Part shown: positions 39,502 to 52,230 of the stretch, piece by piece
How the letters are laid out: every line of letters begins with the position of its first letter
Position numbering within the stretch: the stretch's first letter is position 1
Assembly: GCA_050084515.1 (NCBI GenBank)
Contig: CM114271.1
Span: 30,008,001-30,072,000, forward strand
Length of the DNA: 64,000 nucleotides
Direction of reading: 5' to 3'
Source: Blasia pusilla
Taxonomy: Eukaryota
Notes under the pieces: generated by a model
The model's input: the letters and a program-made list of their open reading frames with translations, nothing else
Database searches by the model: none
What the model was told of the DNA's origin: nothing
Position numbers and translations under genes: made by a program

Positions 39502-41756
39502 TCAAAGCCAGGCAGGATGTGCAACTGGTATGCGAACAAGATCTGTGTCAAATAGTTCAATAAACTGCACCAACACAAATAGATCGTTCAGTAAACACGA
39601 TCAGATCCAATCATGGACTTCAAGACGATCAGATTTTACATCGCTGCATTGTGATGCAGAGTCATTATGGTCCCATGAATAGCTGCTGCGGCCATCATCC
39701 AGACAGAGATTGGTAACCAAAGGGGTGGATGATCCTCTTTAATTGGAATGAATCTAGTAATTCAGCACAAGCAAGGCAAGGTAATATCTATTGTATAATA
39801 GAAGCGTCGAAGTCACTGCACTGTGGGAATGTGGCAAGTCCTGACATTTAGTCTTTCATGCACATGGAGACAGGGTCTTTCAGAAAGATTGAAATACAGT
39901 CCAACTGAAAATTAGGTTGAAACTCAAGTCAGAAATAGGGCTGAACTTCATGTGGACTGAATCTAGAGAGTTACAGAGATTTGCAGGAGATCCCAACAAA
40001 GTCGTCACAAAAAAGCACCAAGATACTTAAACTAGAGAGAAGCTGTTCTTCTAAGGTGTGAGACTCTTCTTCCCACACTGTAGACTCATAGGCAATATCT
40101 GATGAAAACTCCACTGGCAAACGAACATTGAATATGCATAACTCTGAAGACAAGGACTAAGTACCTGCTCATTCAAGAGTCGGACCTTTATACCAGCATA
40201 CCGTCGATACTCCTCGAATATAGCTGTGAGATTCCACCTTTGCAGCTTTCTCAAGCAGCCAATGACAGTGCCTGCCTCCAGTTCCCGCCCACTCTGGTTG
40301 TCAGTGACAATCAGCTCAGGGCTCCACGATGCTCCAAGGTCGCTACACTTGCTCTACGGCATCTTTCTAATGAAATTGACGGCTATGACCCACCACAAGA
40401 ACATCTATCCTCCAGTCAAACATATACCCCACTCACCAGTTCTGTGGCGCCCTAAACTGCACATTACATGCAGCGGGTAGTACTGCGGAGAGAGAATCAC
40501 CTAGACCAGAAACAACGAAATAGATCATTTGTTCAATGCACCAATATAGTGAAGAAACTCTGTGCACAGTACTCTCTGATTACGGCTTTTGTATTAACTA
40601 CAAAAACCCAAGAGTAGTCTGAATAATGAAGAATGCGAAAGAGGCACAGCCACAGGCTTTTTGTCGCTCTGTCAGGTCCAGGCATACTTCCAGCGGTGGC
40701 AGTATAAGGAGCTTCAAGACATGAAACATACCTGTAATGCAGACAGAACCTCCGCTTCTGACATCGGACTGGGAGGGTTGCCAGTTTGTTCCTCTGCTCC
40801 GGATGGTCTCACTAGATCAATGCCTTGGTCGACCAGAAAGTTTATGCTGCGGTCAAAAAACTTGGTCATGTCACAAGCAGGTTCTAAAACATCATCCCAG
40901 CTTACATGAGTACTGATCCATAGATCCTAATGCAATCAAAAGACTCTCAGCAAGTCACTCAGTGGATTCAATCCAAATTTTTTTGAGCATGATTGAGGCA
41001 GAAAAAAACATATGGTGGACTTTCTATATGCCGTAGACCTCCAAAAACAGAGTGCAAAAAGTTGATACAGTCCTGAGTCGAGGATCACTCGGTTCGCGTG
41101 TCTAAGTCAGAAACAGAAGCGAATAGAAAATAATTAGGCGAGCAAATCAGCGGTAATCAACTAGGCATTCTCAATGTCACAGACATGACCTATTGCAATT
41201 TTTTCCAAGCGCGTGCCATCAGTCCCAATTAATTCATGGATCTATCCTATGTTAGCGATTGATGAACGAGAACGAGTCCCTAGTCCTTATGAGAAAACAG
41301 GTAATTGAGTGGGTCCCAATTTCACAGCTTTCGTTGACATTTCTTCCTGAACTGACATTCTCTCCGCCCCTATGGAAGATTAAGTAACCTATGGTTTTGA
41401 CGATCTTACTCACACTTTGAATCCCTATTTTGGAAAAAGCATGCAACAGTCATAATCTCCGGACTCGGCCACAGACACGAACTTTTTGCAGAAATGTTGC
41501 TTGAATGGAAGAAAAAGGCACCATCTCCCTAACAGAGAAACCAGGTTTCCTGATATGCACTATGTACAAAGTCAAAGCATATGCGTTCAGAAAGAGGACC
41601 GTACAAGGGCTGCGAGGGCTCCTCGTGAGAGAGGTAGATGACGGTCTTCAAATTGAGACGCTCCAGGAAGGGAAAATTCAGCTGATGGCACTGTCCAGAT
41701 CTGCTGAGATCGTGCTCTACCATGCCGTAGTTGCAGGGCGGCACGAAATAAGACAT
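39502..41756 (-). CDS. Atypical dual-specificity phosphatase, Siw14/Oca1 (PFA-DSP) family, 5 exons
   Basis: Approximate exons: 41756-41603 ([18 protein letters not shown]...[17 protein letters not shown]), 40847-40732, 40500-40437 ([14 protein letters not shown]), 40272-40165 ([27 protein letters not shown]...RLLNEQ), 39564-39502 ([10 protein letters not shown]...PAWL*). CX5R motif intact. Confidence 0.9.
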
Positions 41757-42878
41757 TTTCTGCTACCCCAGTGATTCTCAAGCGACTGCAGATGTACTCC
41801 CTTCACGCGTCTCTTGACAAAACATTCTTCCCAACTTCCTCTCGACTACTCCTGCTTCTGCAATTCCCTTCCCTCCCCGTCACTGACTCGCATTGAATGG
41901 GAACAACATGTAAAAACTGCGCACCCTTCTTCTTCAATCCTTCTCGTCAGCACTGGCTCTGCACTTCTACGCCAAATGCTTGTCGTCTCCAAAATTCGCA
42001 ATACCTAGAGTAAATTACAGTTTCATAGCTTCTGCACCCAACAGCGTGCACATATCATCATCACCGTCATCATCCCATCACGATTTGCGCGACACCGGAA
42101 TAACCCGAGCCTTTCATCACTCGTCTTGTCTTCAGAGTGCCCGACTCTGAGTCTCATAATTTCACAATTTCCCCTACCTTTGTTCTTTTTCTTGCTGTAC
42201 ACTGACGACCAGCGGCATGGAATAGTTTCCTGAAAGTCAAGAATTCTGAGAAATCCGGGTCTAGTCTAGTTAGTTGGGTCTCCAATTTGGCCATGTGACG
42301 TTTTACACCCTTTAGGGGTCGATTCCATGGCAAGTTTCTTGGGGTCACGCGACCCCAAGAAACTTTATCCGGCTGCAACAGCCAGCGCGTTCAGCCAGGA
42401 CATGCGGAATTGCGCCGGTCTCCTCCCCGGTCAGGTCATTCGGTTACTCTACGCTATCAACGGAAACCTGTATCTTTTCTAATAGTAATCGGTCCTGTAT
42501 CTTTTCATAGGGCATGAGGACGTCGCGTCTTTCTAGCGCCCAAGAATAATAGTCGCAGTGAATTACAAGGACCCGGGAAAAAACTGAGGACGCTATCATA
42601 AATCAAGGACTTTGACCATTTCAGAAATATATTAACCGTAGGACGTAACTGCCAGGGTCGTCACTTCGAGTTAGTCCATGGAATGGCGCTCTCATTCTCG
42701 AAATAAAATTAGGCTCACGGGTAGTGTAGTGCGAGGGTTTAAATTATCAAGATCCTTATGGTTCATAAGATGAACAATTTTATTTGCTGAAAGTGTGAGG
42801 CGGAAAAACAGAGAGATGTTTGAAAAAGGAAGGTGTACTCTCAAATAATATACAAAAATAAATTTTGTTCTAAGATCA

Positions 42879-43110
42879 CTAGTAGGCAGCCCATGCCATG
42901 CAGGGGAGTGAAGGGTCTAATCATGTTGCACAAAAAGAAAATTTCTTGTTGCATATAGAGGGAAAATATTTTCTTGTTTTATGTAGAATAGAAAACATTT
43001 TCTTGCTACCCGGTTGCCACATGTCAAACAAAGAGGAGTTTGCAAATTAGATGATGAAAGACCATGTAATTTTTGAAGATATATATGCCCAATACTCTTA
43101 TGCCACACAT
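42879..43110 (-). mobile_element. 3' end of a non-autonomous Helitron
   Basis: Minus strand reads CCCCTGCATGGCATGGG (imperfect hairpin)...CTAG|T. Paralog at 34766-35110. Confidence 0.6.
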
Positions 43111-43176
43111 TTAGTTTTGTGACTTTTTGGCCAATATCCTACGTCTACTATACTCCTCTTGAACGTCAATCTCTAG

Positions 43177-46088
43177 TGTTGCGGAAGCGTATGTTTAGTA
43201 GGGCATGCTCTCACTACTGACTGCATCCAAACACAATCCCATTAATCTGGTCTAGATGAATTAGCCTTCCAACTCACTGAATTCTCAACTCGGCACTCCA
43301 TCAAGCTCAACCTTCCTAGTTTCCCACTTTCCAACGCAGGTTAGTCTTTTGAGACTTGGGACACACTTTCTAGATATTCCAAGCATCCAAAATGATGTTC
43401 GCATGGCGGGCGGTCCCAACTATCCAATAGACCTCATATGAGCCCCTAAAAAAGATCCACTTAAATGAGTCGCAAGTTGGAATCCAAAAGTGGCCTCCGA
43501 AATCCACTCTATTGGACTTGGTTTGGGTTGCGAATCCTAACGCCAAACTTTCGATCCATTATGTGCCTTTGGTTCGCCCCACAACGCCCCAAAATGGGGT
43601 TTGAGTCCCAAGCATTCCTAGATACCTTCCCCCTTACTAGTACTTATGGGTTTCTCCGCCCTCCCCCTATCTTTTGGGAAAAAATTCTCGACCCTTCTTT
43701 TCGGGCCTCAACCCAACTCTGTGTATGGTCATTTTGGGCAGTTTCTCAACTTTTGTTTTTGCATTTTCTAAGATCTTTGGTGCTTTAGAAGTGGCTTTGC
43801 ATGAGCTTTCCAACGCCATCCTACTCGTTGGAAAAAAATCTTGGAACTAAAAGTTATGGTAAAAAATATAGACAAAACCCCAAACACTCATCAGGTTCCA
43901 AATCTGGTTCTCACCTCTTTGGAAACCACTCTTCCTAGACTCTACTCCTCTCAAGTCTCAATTCACGTTTGATTAAGGTTTCCTAGTTACGACCATAGAC
44001 GCATGTAATGCTCAACCTTGTTTGCGTCTCATATCGTGTGTCTCCTTCAAGAGACCTCTCTAATGTGCAAACCATCCTAGTGTGAGCCCACTACAGTTCT
44101 GATATTCCGCTTAACGCTCGTTTGGTTATGAGGGTCATGACACTTATCCCTCGTTAGAGATTGATTCCATCATCAACGACAACCTTCTAATGTAAAGTAT
44201 TTTTGGGAAGTTGATCCTTTGACATCAAATTGCATTCTAATAGCAAACCCATAATTCCTCTTTTGGCTCAATTCTTAGTTTGTTGCATCGGCCACTTAGC
44301 ATCTTTTAGTATCTCCTCTTCGATAAGTCTGGATCAGTTATTCGAAACTAATCTAACCTATCAAATAAGCTAACTAAGTCTGCTACCTAAGACTTCTCTT
44401 GCTTATGACTCGTAAACATCCCACATGTTTACAAGGTCCACAAGTCATACTACTTTGGGGTCGCTCTCATATTCGACTTTTGTGTGTCATTAAGTTCACT
44501 CATGCTATCACAAGTAGGATCACCCCAAGCCCCAAGATAGAGTGATATGCGCGCCGATGCTAGGGTGAGCCCAAGTGTTAGTCACCTAACACTTGGTCCT
44601 ATTCTAGGTGCTTATCCAAGATCTCATCTCAAATACTCCTTGTCTCTCCTCTTGACTTACATTCTAAGCATATGAGGAACTAACCATTGCCATGCACTAC
44701 CAAAACCAAATTGCAATCAACCACTAGCATCCGAATCCATGCATTCTTTTATTGCAACACTAGCCTGTTATAGTCACAATAGCCTTTCGCCCGAACTTCC
44801 TATGGTCACAAGTCATGTCCCTAGCTACTTCAAATACTAACACATGTGCTTTTCTTACATGCGCTTGAAGTCTCGTGACAACTCTTGCTTATATTCCAAA
44901 TCTTCGTCTATAATCCAAGTCACCTCTTTCATATGGTAGCCCTTCCATTTGACCAAGTACTCGTACTTCTTGGCCCATGTCTCAAACAAAAAATGGTCTC
45001 CACCTAGAATTCCGGTTCCTTGTTGACGATCACTAGTTGTAGTGTCAATACTTGCCTTCGCTCGGGATGCACATTATCTTGAAGATACTTCTTTAATGGT
45101 GACAGATGGAAAATCAGGTGAATCTTGAACTCTTCTAGCAACTCCAATGTATAAATATCCTCTAATGGGTTTGCCTTGATCACATACAGTTCAACATACT
45201 TGGAAGACACCTTTGTGGAAAACTCTTTCTGAAGAGTGAGATTCTTCACACTCAACCACACTAGCTCCCCTACTTGGAAACTCACTTAGCACTGATTCTT
45301 GTTAGCATGCTTAATGTACCTTAGTTGAGCCTTTGCAAGACTCCTTCTTTTCCCCCTTGTTTGGCTCTCGCATCTCCATTAACAAATCTTATGTAGTTTC
45401 TTGTTGGTTCCATGCCGATGTAGTACCCTTCGAAAGGGCCAAGTCCAGAGGCCCTTCTAGCTCATTTAAGTGGGTTTTGAATCTCGACGCCATACTTCCA
45501 ATCCATTTTGTGCCCTTGGTTCACCCCGCGGCGCCCCAAAGTAAGGTTTGAGTCCCAAGAAATCTTGCAGACCTTCCCCTTTACTAGTACCTCTAGAGTT
45601 CTCTACCCTCCCCCTATCTTTTGGGAAAAGACTCTCGGCCCCTCTTTTTGGGCCTCAATCCATCTCCCCCTATAGTTGTTTTTGGACAATTTATCATCTT
45701 CACCTTGTCATCTGTTAAGATCTTTGGTGCGTTAGAACCAACTTTGCATAAGATTTCCAACGCCACCTTACATATTCTAAGTACATCTTGGGACTCAAAG
45801 AAAAAATCCAAAATATAGTCTAAATTCCAAACTCTAATCACGTTACAAATGGAGTTCTCACCTCTTTGGCAGCCACTCTTCTTAGACTCGACTCCTCTCA
45901 AGTCTTGGTTTATGTTTGGTTTAGGTTTCCTAGTCACGACCATGAACGCATATAACGTTCAATCTTGTTCTTGTCTTATATCTTGTGTCACCTTTAAGAG
46001 ACCTCTCCAATGTGCAACCATCCTAGTGTAAGTCCACTAGAGTTCTAATGTTCCGCTTGGCGCTTGATTGGTTATTAGGGTTGCGACA
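43177..46088 (-). mobile_element. Internally deleted chromoviral Ty3/gypsy element (full 3' LTR, integrase C-terminus/chromodomain, partial 5' LTR)
   Basis: LTR 43177-44142 (TG...CA) with adjacent PPT-like GAGGGATAAG. A second, partial LTR copy at ~45470-46088. GPY/F region FQVGELVWL...IHLIFHLSPLKKY (45004-45285). Chromodomain KKYEYLVKWKGYHMKEVTWIIDEDL (~44895-44971). Confidence 0.8.
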
Positions 46089-46099
46089 GCTAATTTGAT

Positions 46100-46267
46100 T
46101 ATACATTGTTGTTTGAATCTTTGGCATAAAAAAACTAATTTGAACATTATTCCATATCTTTTTACTTTAATTATCATAGTCTGGTCATCCCTTATTTCAA
46201 TGAAACAACCATATGTGTTAAATTTCACATAATAACCTTGTTTTACTATCTCTCCTATAGAGATCAA
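46100..46267 (-). mobile_element. Ty1/copia pre-integrase region fragment
   Basis: ISIGEIVKQGYYVKFNTYGCFI...GIMFKL resembles the copia LISV.QL...G..V.F....C.I segment. Confidence 0.45.
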
Positions 46268-46465
46268 GTCTAGAAGTGTATGAAGCCAATTCGAAAACCT
46301 TCGATATAAACAATGAAATTAGGATTATGTGGGGAGAATTTTGAGAGAAGGCATGACGAAGATCATGACTTGCATTTACTAGTTTGGACTTGAAGGTGTT
46401 ATATACAAAGTTGCTCCAAAAACTATGTATAAGCCAGAACCATTTGAGAAACACGACCTGTGATA

Positions 46466-48930
46466 TGGTTATCAGAGTTGAGAGAAGGGAGTAGACTAGA
46501 TGGAAATGTTTGGCTGAAGCTCAAAGGACATGGAAATTTGCAATTAAAAAATAATTCACTCTTGGGATCATCTTACTTCGTGTGATATGTTGATTAGAGA
46601 ACATTGTATTCTTCAGAAATAGAATGGTGAGAATAGATAATGGGCATATTGTATGCATAAAGGATACAAAAAATTAGAATAAGAGTCAATAGTTGTTCTT
46701 ATGCAAAGCATAACTCCTTGAATATGGCCGCATAAGAAACTAAATTAAATAAGTTTTTCATATTGACTTTAATCATTACCAAATTTGGATGAGTATCATG
46801 ATTTTGATATTCCATAAAGCGTTGCCTCACAACCTATAAGGGCGGACACTCCAAACTAGTGTGGAAATAAGTGAGCATTGAAGTGGGGATGAAACTACAA
46901 GCAAAAGGATCGAGTAACCAAGAAATCTAAATACCTCTCAAACAGCCAAAGGGTGAAACACTAGTAGAAGGCTTATAAATAGCCAATAATCACTTATGAA
47001 CCTAGAGATAGGATATGTTAGATGACTTCTTGCAATATATGCACACATCTTATAAAGAGAGATAAACCAATCCATAGAATATATTGGGATAAAGCAATCG
47101 TGGAGATACTAAAAACCATGCTTAAAAGCTAAAATTTTTTAATAAGAAAGAAACATGAATAAACACGCTCGTAGAAACCTAAAAGTTAAGTTCAAAGTCA
47201 AGATCTAGTGTAGGATCTTCCACAAAAGAGGATGCATGGCCACTTGAAGGAGGGTGAATTCGAAGAGCATGTAATAGTGCCAATTTATCTCCAATTCAAA
47301 TAATTGGAGAAAGAGATCCCAATGCTCAAGCCATCGTATAAAATCATCAAATTTCCCCAAAATTTGGCTACATTGAAGGCATTGTTGCATTGAAAGCCTC
47401 CCATGATTGACATGTTGAGTGAGGGCGAGCCATCGCTAAGGCGTGTGCTGAAAGAAAATACTCATTCTAGAGATTATTCTAATCCCCAGACGTACAACAT
47501 TGAATATGCAAGTAGGTTTCGTGATGGTTGGTTGCACTTTTGATACCTCTTGAGTGAGGACTAAAACCTACTAGCTAAAGAGTAATAGGAGCTAATAGAC
47601 ATAAGTTTATATGGGATCATGCACTTATCCTTTGAATGGGAAAATCTACACTTGTTGGATGATGGGAAAAAAAGAAATAGAGCTACAACTAAGACAAAAA
47701 AGATAGGGATGGAAAGAGCAAAAGAGATTAATTAAGTTCAAGTATGTCCAAGCATTTGATATAGGAATTGCAATAGGAGGGGATATGGGTTTAGGGATTG
47801 AAGGCCTATGGATGGATTAATAATATCGTAGTTATCTTTGATCTCATTACGACTCAAATCTATATCACAAGGTATAAATGTAGATGAAGGGTTATAAAGG
47901 GAAGAGATATCAAATGAATGAGATGATAATGGATGATAAACTATATAATTAAAAGTGGATGGGGTTAGAGAAACCCTCCTCTGGTGTTGACACATGTCGT
48001 TTCAACCCCCCTCCGATGTTGACATGTGTCAAATTTAAGAGAATAACTAAATTAACAAGATCAAGGATTAACCGGATGACTAGAATGCCTTTCCCCTCAC
48101 CAATGTATAGCACGGGCATCACACTAGTGTGGATTAAGTAAGGTAGGGAAGGAGGTTTAGGAGAGGGGATAATAGTATATAAGATAGGAGTTGGAAGCAA
48201 AGGTTCATATAAAGTATGTGAGGATGGAAAAATAATAATATTCTATAATTATAGATAAGAGGTTATGATGGAAGGAGGACATTTCAAACTATAAACATTA
48301 TTTTTGGGTCCATTATGTATCAAAAGATTGATAAAAACAAGAGGAATATGTGTGCAATTCCAGAATCTGTGAAATTGAGTCTAATCTATATTATTATTGA
48401 ATAGGGCTTCCTAAATTATCGAGTCTTACTGTGTTATACGTATGCCTTGCTTACCAATTTGGGAAATAAATTAGATTTCCGTTTCAATTTCCAAAGCAAG
48501 GTAGAAGAATATCCAAGATATTTGAGTTGATTCACAATTATGTGTGGACAATATCATAATATAGCCTTAGTGGTTGTCAATAGTTTATTTTGTTTATTAA
48601 TGACTTCTCTATGTATAAATGGATATACTTTCTAAAAGCCAAGTTAAAATAAGTATTCTCAATGTTTGAAACATTCATAATTCTCATAGAAAAGCAGACT
48701 AGACAATATAATCTCAAATTGCGTTGTGATGGAGGAGGAGAGTACTTTTCAACAGAGTTTGATGACTACTTACATCAAAATGGCATCCAACAATAAAAGA
48801 CTTGCCATTTCATTCCACAAGAAACTAGAGTGGTTGAGCAAAATAATCGACATTTTATTGAAGCGACACATACTATGATAAATGAGAAGAACATGCTTAA
48901 GGTGTATTTGGCAAAGATTGTAGCGTGCGC
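46466..48930 (+). mobile_element. Decayed Ty1/copia retrotransposon (PBS-like site to integrase core)
   Basis: TGGTTATCAGAG (tRNA-Met PBS-like) at 46466. Integrase fragments FINDFSMYKWIYFLK, LRCDGGGEYFSTEFDDYLHQNGI and PQETRVVEQNNRH at ~48590-48880. Confidence 0.65.
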
Positions 48931-49583
48931 AATCTTTGGGAAGTATTTGGGCTGAGAATTCTACCACCACCAATGTCCACCATCCCATTTCACAATTTTC
49001 TTCTCCTCCAACCCTACTTCTATTAGAGCTCAAACAAGTGTCCTTAAGAGGAAGAGCTCTATTTTAATCGATAGTTTCCCACTTCGGATTGTGTGGAATT
49101 TTCCTTTAGTTTGATAGAGTTTCTAGTAGATTTCCAAAGAGTTTGACGAAGTGAGTTGTCATTGCTCTAGCCAATGACAAAGAAGAATTTGCGTTGGAGG
49201 ATTTGAAAGTCCCATTCTCTTCGAATTCGTGCAAATTAAAATGTGAAGAGGGCATATTGCTTTCCTCGCTAGCATTTTTTGCTTACCTCTTTGATTAACA
49301 CCAATTTCCTCCACTTGGTCACCATTAGTTAAGATTTCCCGTGGACTCCATATCACACGAGTTGTTGCATTGCAATTCAGCCAAGACCATTGGATGCTTT
49401 CCAACATCTATTTGTCTGGGTTTTATTGATCCATGATTTCAAAGCTCATGATAGAAAGTGAGATCACAATTGAGAGAAAATGTCTTCTTATTGTACCAAA
49501 AAACCTACAACGAGTGTTCATGACCAATTGGGAGCAATGTGGTCCCTTGAAAGAAGAGTTGTGATCTTTGTTCAAATGTGGAC

Positions 49584-49709
49584 TGTCGTGCGCATACACA
49601 TCACTATACAACATACATCATTGTCACCCAACACACACACAAACACACACGATCCCAGGCTAACTCATGGCATCCAAATAACGAGACAAGAAGTACCAAA
49701 ACATCTCCA
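49584..49709. repeat. Terminal repeat segment A, outer copy
   Basis: TGTCGTGCGCATACAC...GCTAACTCATGGCATCCAAA...GACAAGAAGTACCAAAACATCTCCA, repeated at 50229-50345. Confidence 0.85.
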
Positions 49710-50226
49710 ATTAAAATAAGATCCAATCTCTCTCATAACACCATAGTTCTCACATGTGTGCACTCTCACATGTCTCTCTCAATGTCAAATCAAACCCACT
49801 CTCTTAATGAGAGGCTTGGGCTACACTCACAATGCAAGGGACCATAGCTCCGCTGCCTCGTGCCAAGAGGTTCAACAAAAAGAGAATGAGCTTTCAAGCT
49901 CTCTCTCCTTGAGATATACCCCTCCCTTCTCCCAAGCTCTCTCCATGGTAACCTATGCTCCCAAGTCACCTCCTTGGCTCTTGACTTGATGTAGGAGGTC
50001 AAAGGCCACTTACCAAAAATATAAGTCGACCATATACTCAAAATAGTACTTACCTAAAATAGTAAGTTTCTCAATATGGCTACAAATGAGCCGAAACGAA
50101 AGGGAAACCTGCTTTCTCACGTTTTCCGAGGCCTCAACAGGTCATCCTCGACCTCTTGAGCATATCCTCCACTACTCGCGAAGGCACTCTACTACATCTC
50201 AACGATATATCCTAAAAGACGTGATA
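49710..50226. repeat. Terminal repeat segment B, 3'-side copy
   Basis: Aligns with 59444-60011. About 11 differences in a 165-bp stretch compared by eye. Confidence 0.9.
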
Positions 50227-50228
50227 AT

Positions 50229-50345
50229 TGTCGTGCGCATACACAACATACATCGCTGTCACCGAACACACCTACAAACACGCACGATCCCATGCTAACT
50301 CATGGCATCCAAAAAACAAGACAAGAAGTACCAAAATATCTCCAA
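50229..50345. repeat. Terminal repeat segment A, inner copy, next to a PPT-like tract
   Basis: Second copy of A. On the minus strand it is preceded by TAGGGGGGCGAT (PPT-like) and begins TGGAGA. Confidence 0.85.
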
Positions 50346-50526
50346 TCGCCCCCCTAGTTGGTGGTTAGGTCCCTCTAACTCCAGATAGCCATGTATCCCT
50401 ACCTCCCATGACATACATCTCTCGGACACTAAGAGCAAGAAGGCTGGGTGCTCATGTGGCCCCGTCGTTAGTCGCCTTCTTGTCATTAATGTCACAGACA
50501 TAAGTCGGAATGTAGAAATAGCTATG

Positions 50527-50670
50527 CTATGTACATCTAGGACACATCCATCTTCCTTGAGGAATCCTAGTGAGAGGTGGCGTCAAACATACCATATGCC
50601 ATCCTCTCGAACATCCATCACAGACTAGCATAATGGCTGCACCACGGGCAGAACCACACAACATACATCG
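50527..50670 (-). pseudogene. PHD finger (C4HC3) at the integrase C-terminus
   Basis: RCMLCGSARGAAIMLVCDGCSRGWHMVCLTPPLTRIPQGRWMCPRCT*, with all 8 zinc ligands present. Confidence 0.9.
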
Positions 50671-50829
50671 CAAGCCTGCAAAAACTATTGCTAAGCTCGG
50701 ATCAAGTGTATCATCAATTTTTGGAATGTGACACGACATACAGTTACGCACATGGTCCTTCCAAACCATACCATCGCTTCCCTCCAATAAGAGAACAACT
50801 GATGGCGAAACCTCATGCACTCTCAAGAT

Positions 50830-51800
50830 GGTGCCCTTCAGTCACATCCAACGACGTGGATGCCGTCTGCTGCAAGTAGACATAGTCTCCCTGATGAAAC
50901 CTCCGGATAGTAGGTCGATAACCACCTCCCCATATAGTTGTATACCTCAATATATCCCGATGTTGCGCAATCGCCAAGTTCTCAAATGCCATGGGCATCA
51001 CTCTTCGAAACAATTAAGCCCTCTGAGAATATGCTTGCATCCATACATTAGGGTCATTAAGGTTCAACACCTCACCAACATCTTGACGAATGGCTGCAAG
51101 TAAATCACGCTCTCGGCAATACAAAAGCAATTATGGTGAGAAAGACGCTAAGGATGCCTGCTTGTTGAATCTGTGTCCCATCGCCAACCACGACAACTGG
51201 AGGTCCCAATCTCCTATGTGACCTCTCTACAAGCCATACTTGCGTAGTCTTCTCTTCACGGTCTGCACAACCCGCTCCGCTAGTCCATCCGCCTCAGGAT
51301 GATCTCGCGAAGTAGTGCAGTGGTCGATCAGTGCCTGATCTTACAAGGCCTGAAACTCCCCGCGGAACTCTGTACCCTGGTCTATCAACACTTCAGCTGG
51401 TGCATCGCAATGACTTAGCACTTGATCTAGGAAGGAAAATGCTACTCCCTCACTCGCTTTGTCAAGCAATGCAACCAACTCTATCCACTTTGAGAAGTGC
51501 TCGACCATCACCAACACATAATGACTATGGCGCTCTGTAAGAGGCAAAGGTCATGCAAAATCCAAACTCCATATATAACCTAAACCCATGATTGGAAATG
51601 GATGCAACTGTGGAGTTGGAGCATTGAACGATGCTATGACTCGATCACACACCATGCATCTGGAAACAAACTGGTGAACGTATGTTTGCATGCCTCGCCA
51701 CCACAACTGAATGTGGAGCAAGCTGTACGTCCGCTTCACTCCAAAATGACCCAACTCCTCCTGGGCATGACGCACCAAACGTGCTCTCTACGAAGGATGA
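50830..51800 (-). pseudogene. DDE integrase (H2C2 zinc region + rve core), disrupted
   Basis: GHFGVKRT...WWRGM...RCMVC; WSLDFA*PLP; VMVEHFSKWIELV; VLIDQGTEF; TTSRDHPEADGLAERVVQTVK; FHQGDYVYL. Confidence 0.9.
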
Positions 51801-52230
51801 GGCACTACACGCACTCTACCATCCTCCCACACTCGCACCACATGTGTCCCCTCCCATCAGAATCGTCTTGCTCGCTGTAGGATTCGATCCAGCTCCCTAG
51901 CACCCACTGTGCTCACGACACTGCCAGTGCGCATGTACTCCAAGACCACTCCATCGTCGTGAATATCTCGGCTACCTATCGTATCTTCATCAACCTTTGG
52001 ATCTAAGGACTCTACATCAAACCTTCCCATCGAAGTCTCAAAGATTTGGCTCTCCATAGCCAACAAGCCCAAATAGGCTGACGCATGCCATCCTGGCACC
52101 AACTCCCCATCAATCTCACCATGCCAACGAGCTCAAGTCGTATCTCGTTGACTCGGACATGGGTTACGGCTCAAACTATCTGCATCCTGGTTGACCGTCC
52201 CAGGTCTATGCACACTTGGAAGTCATACTC

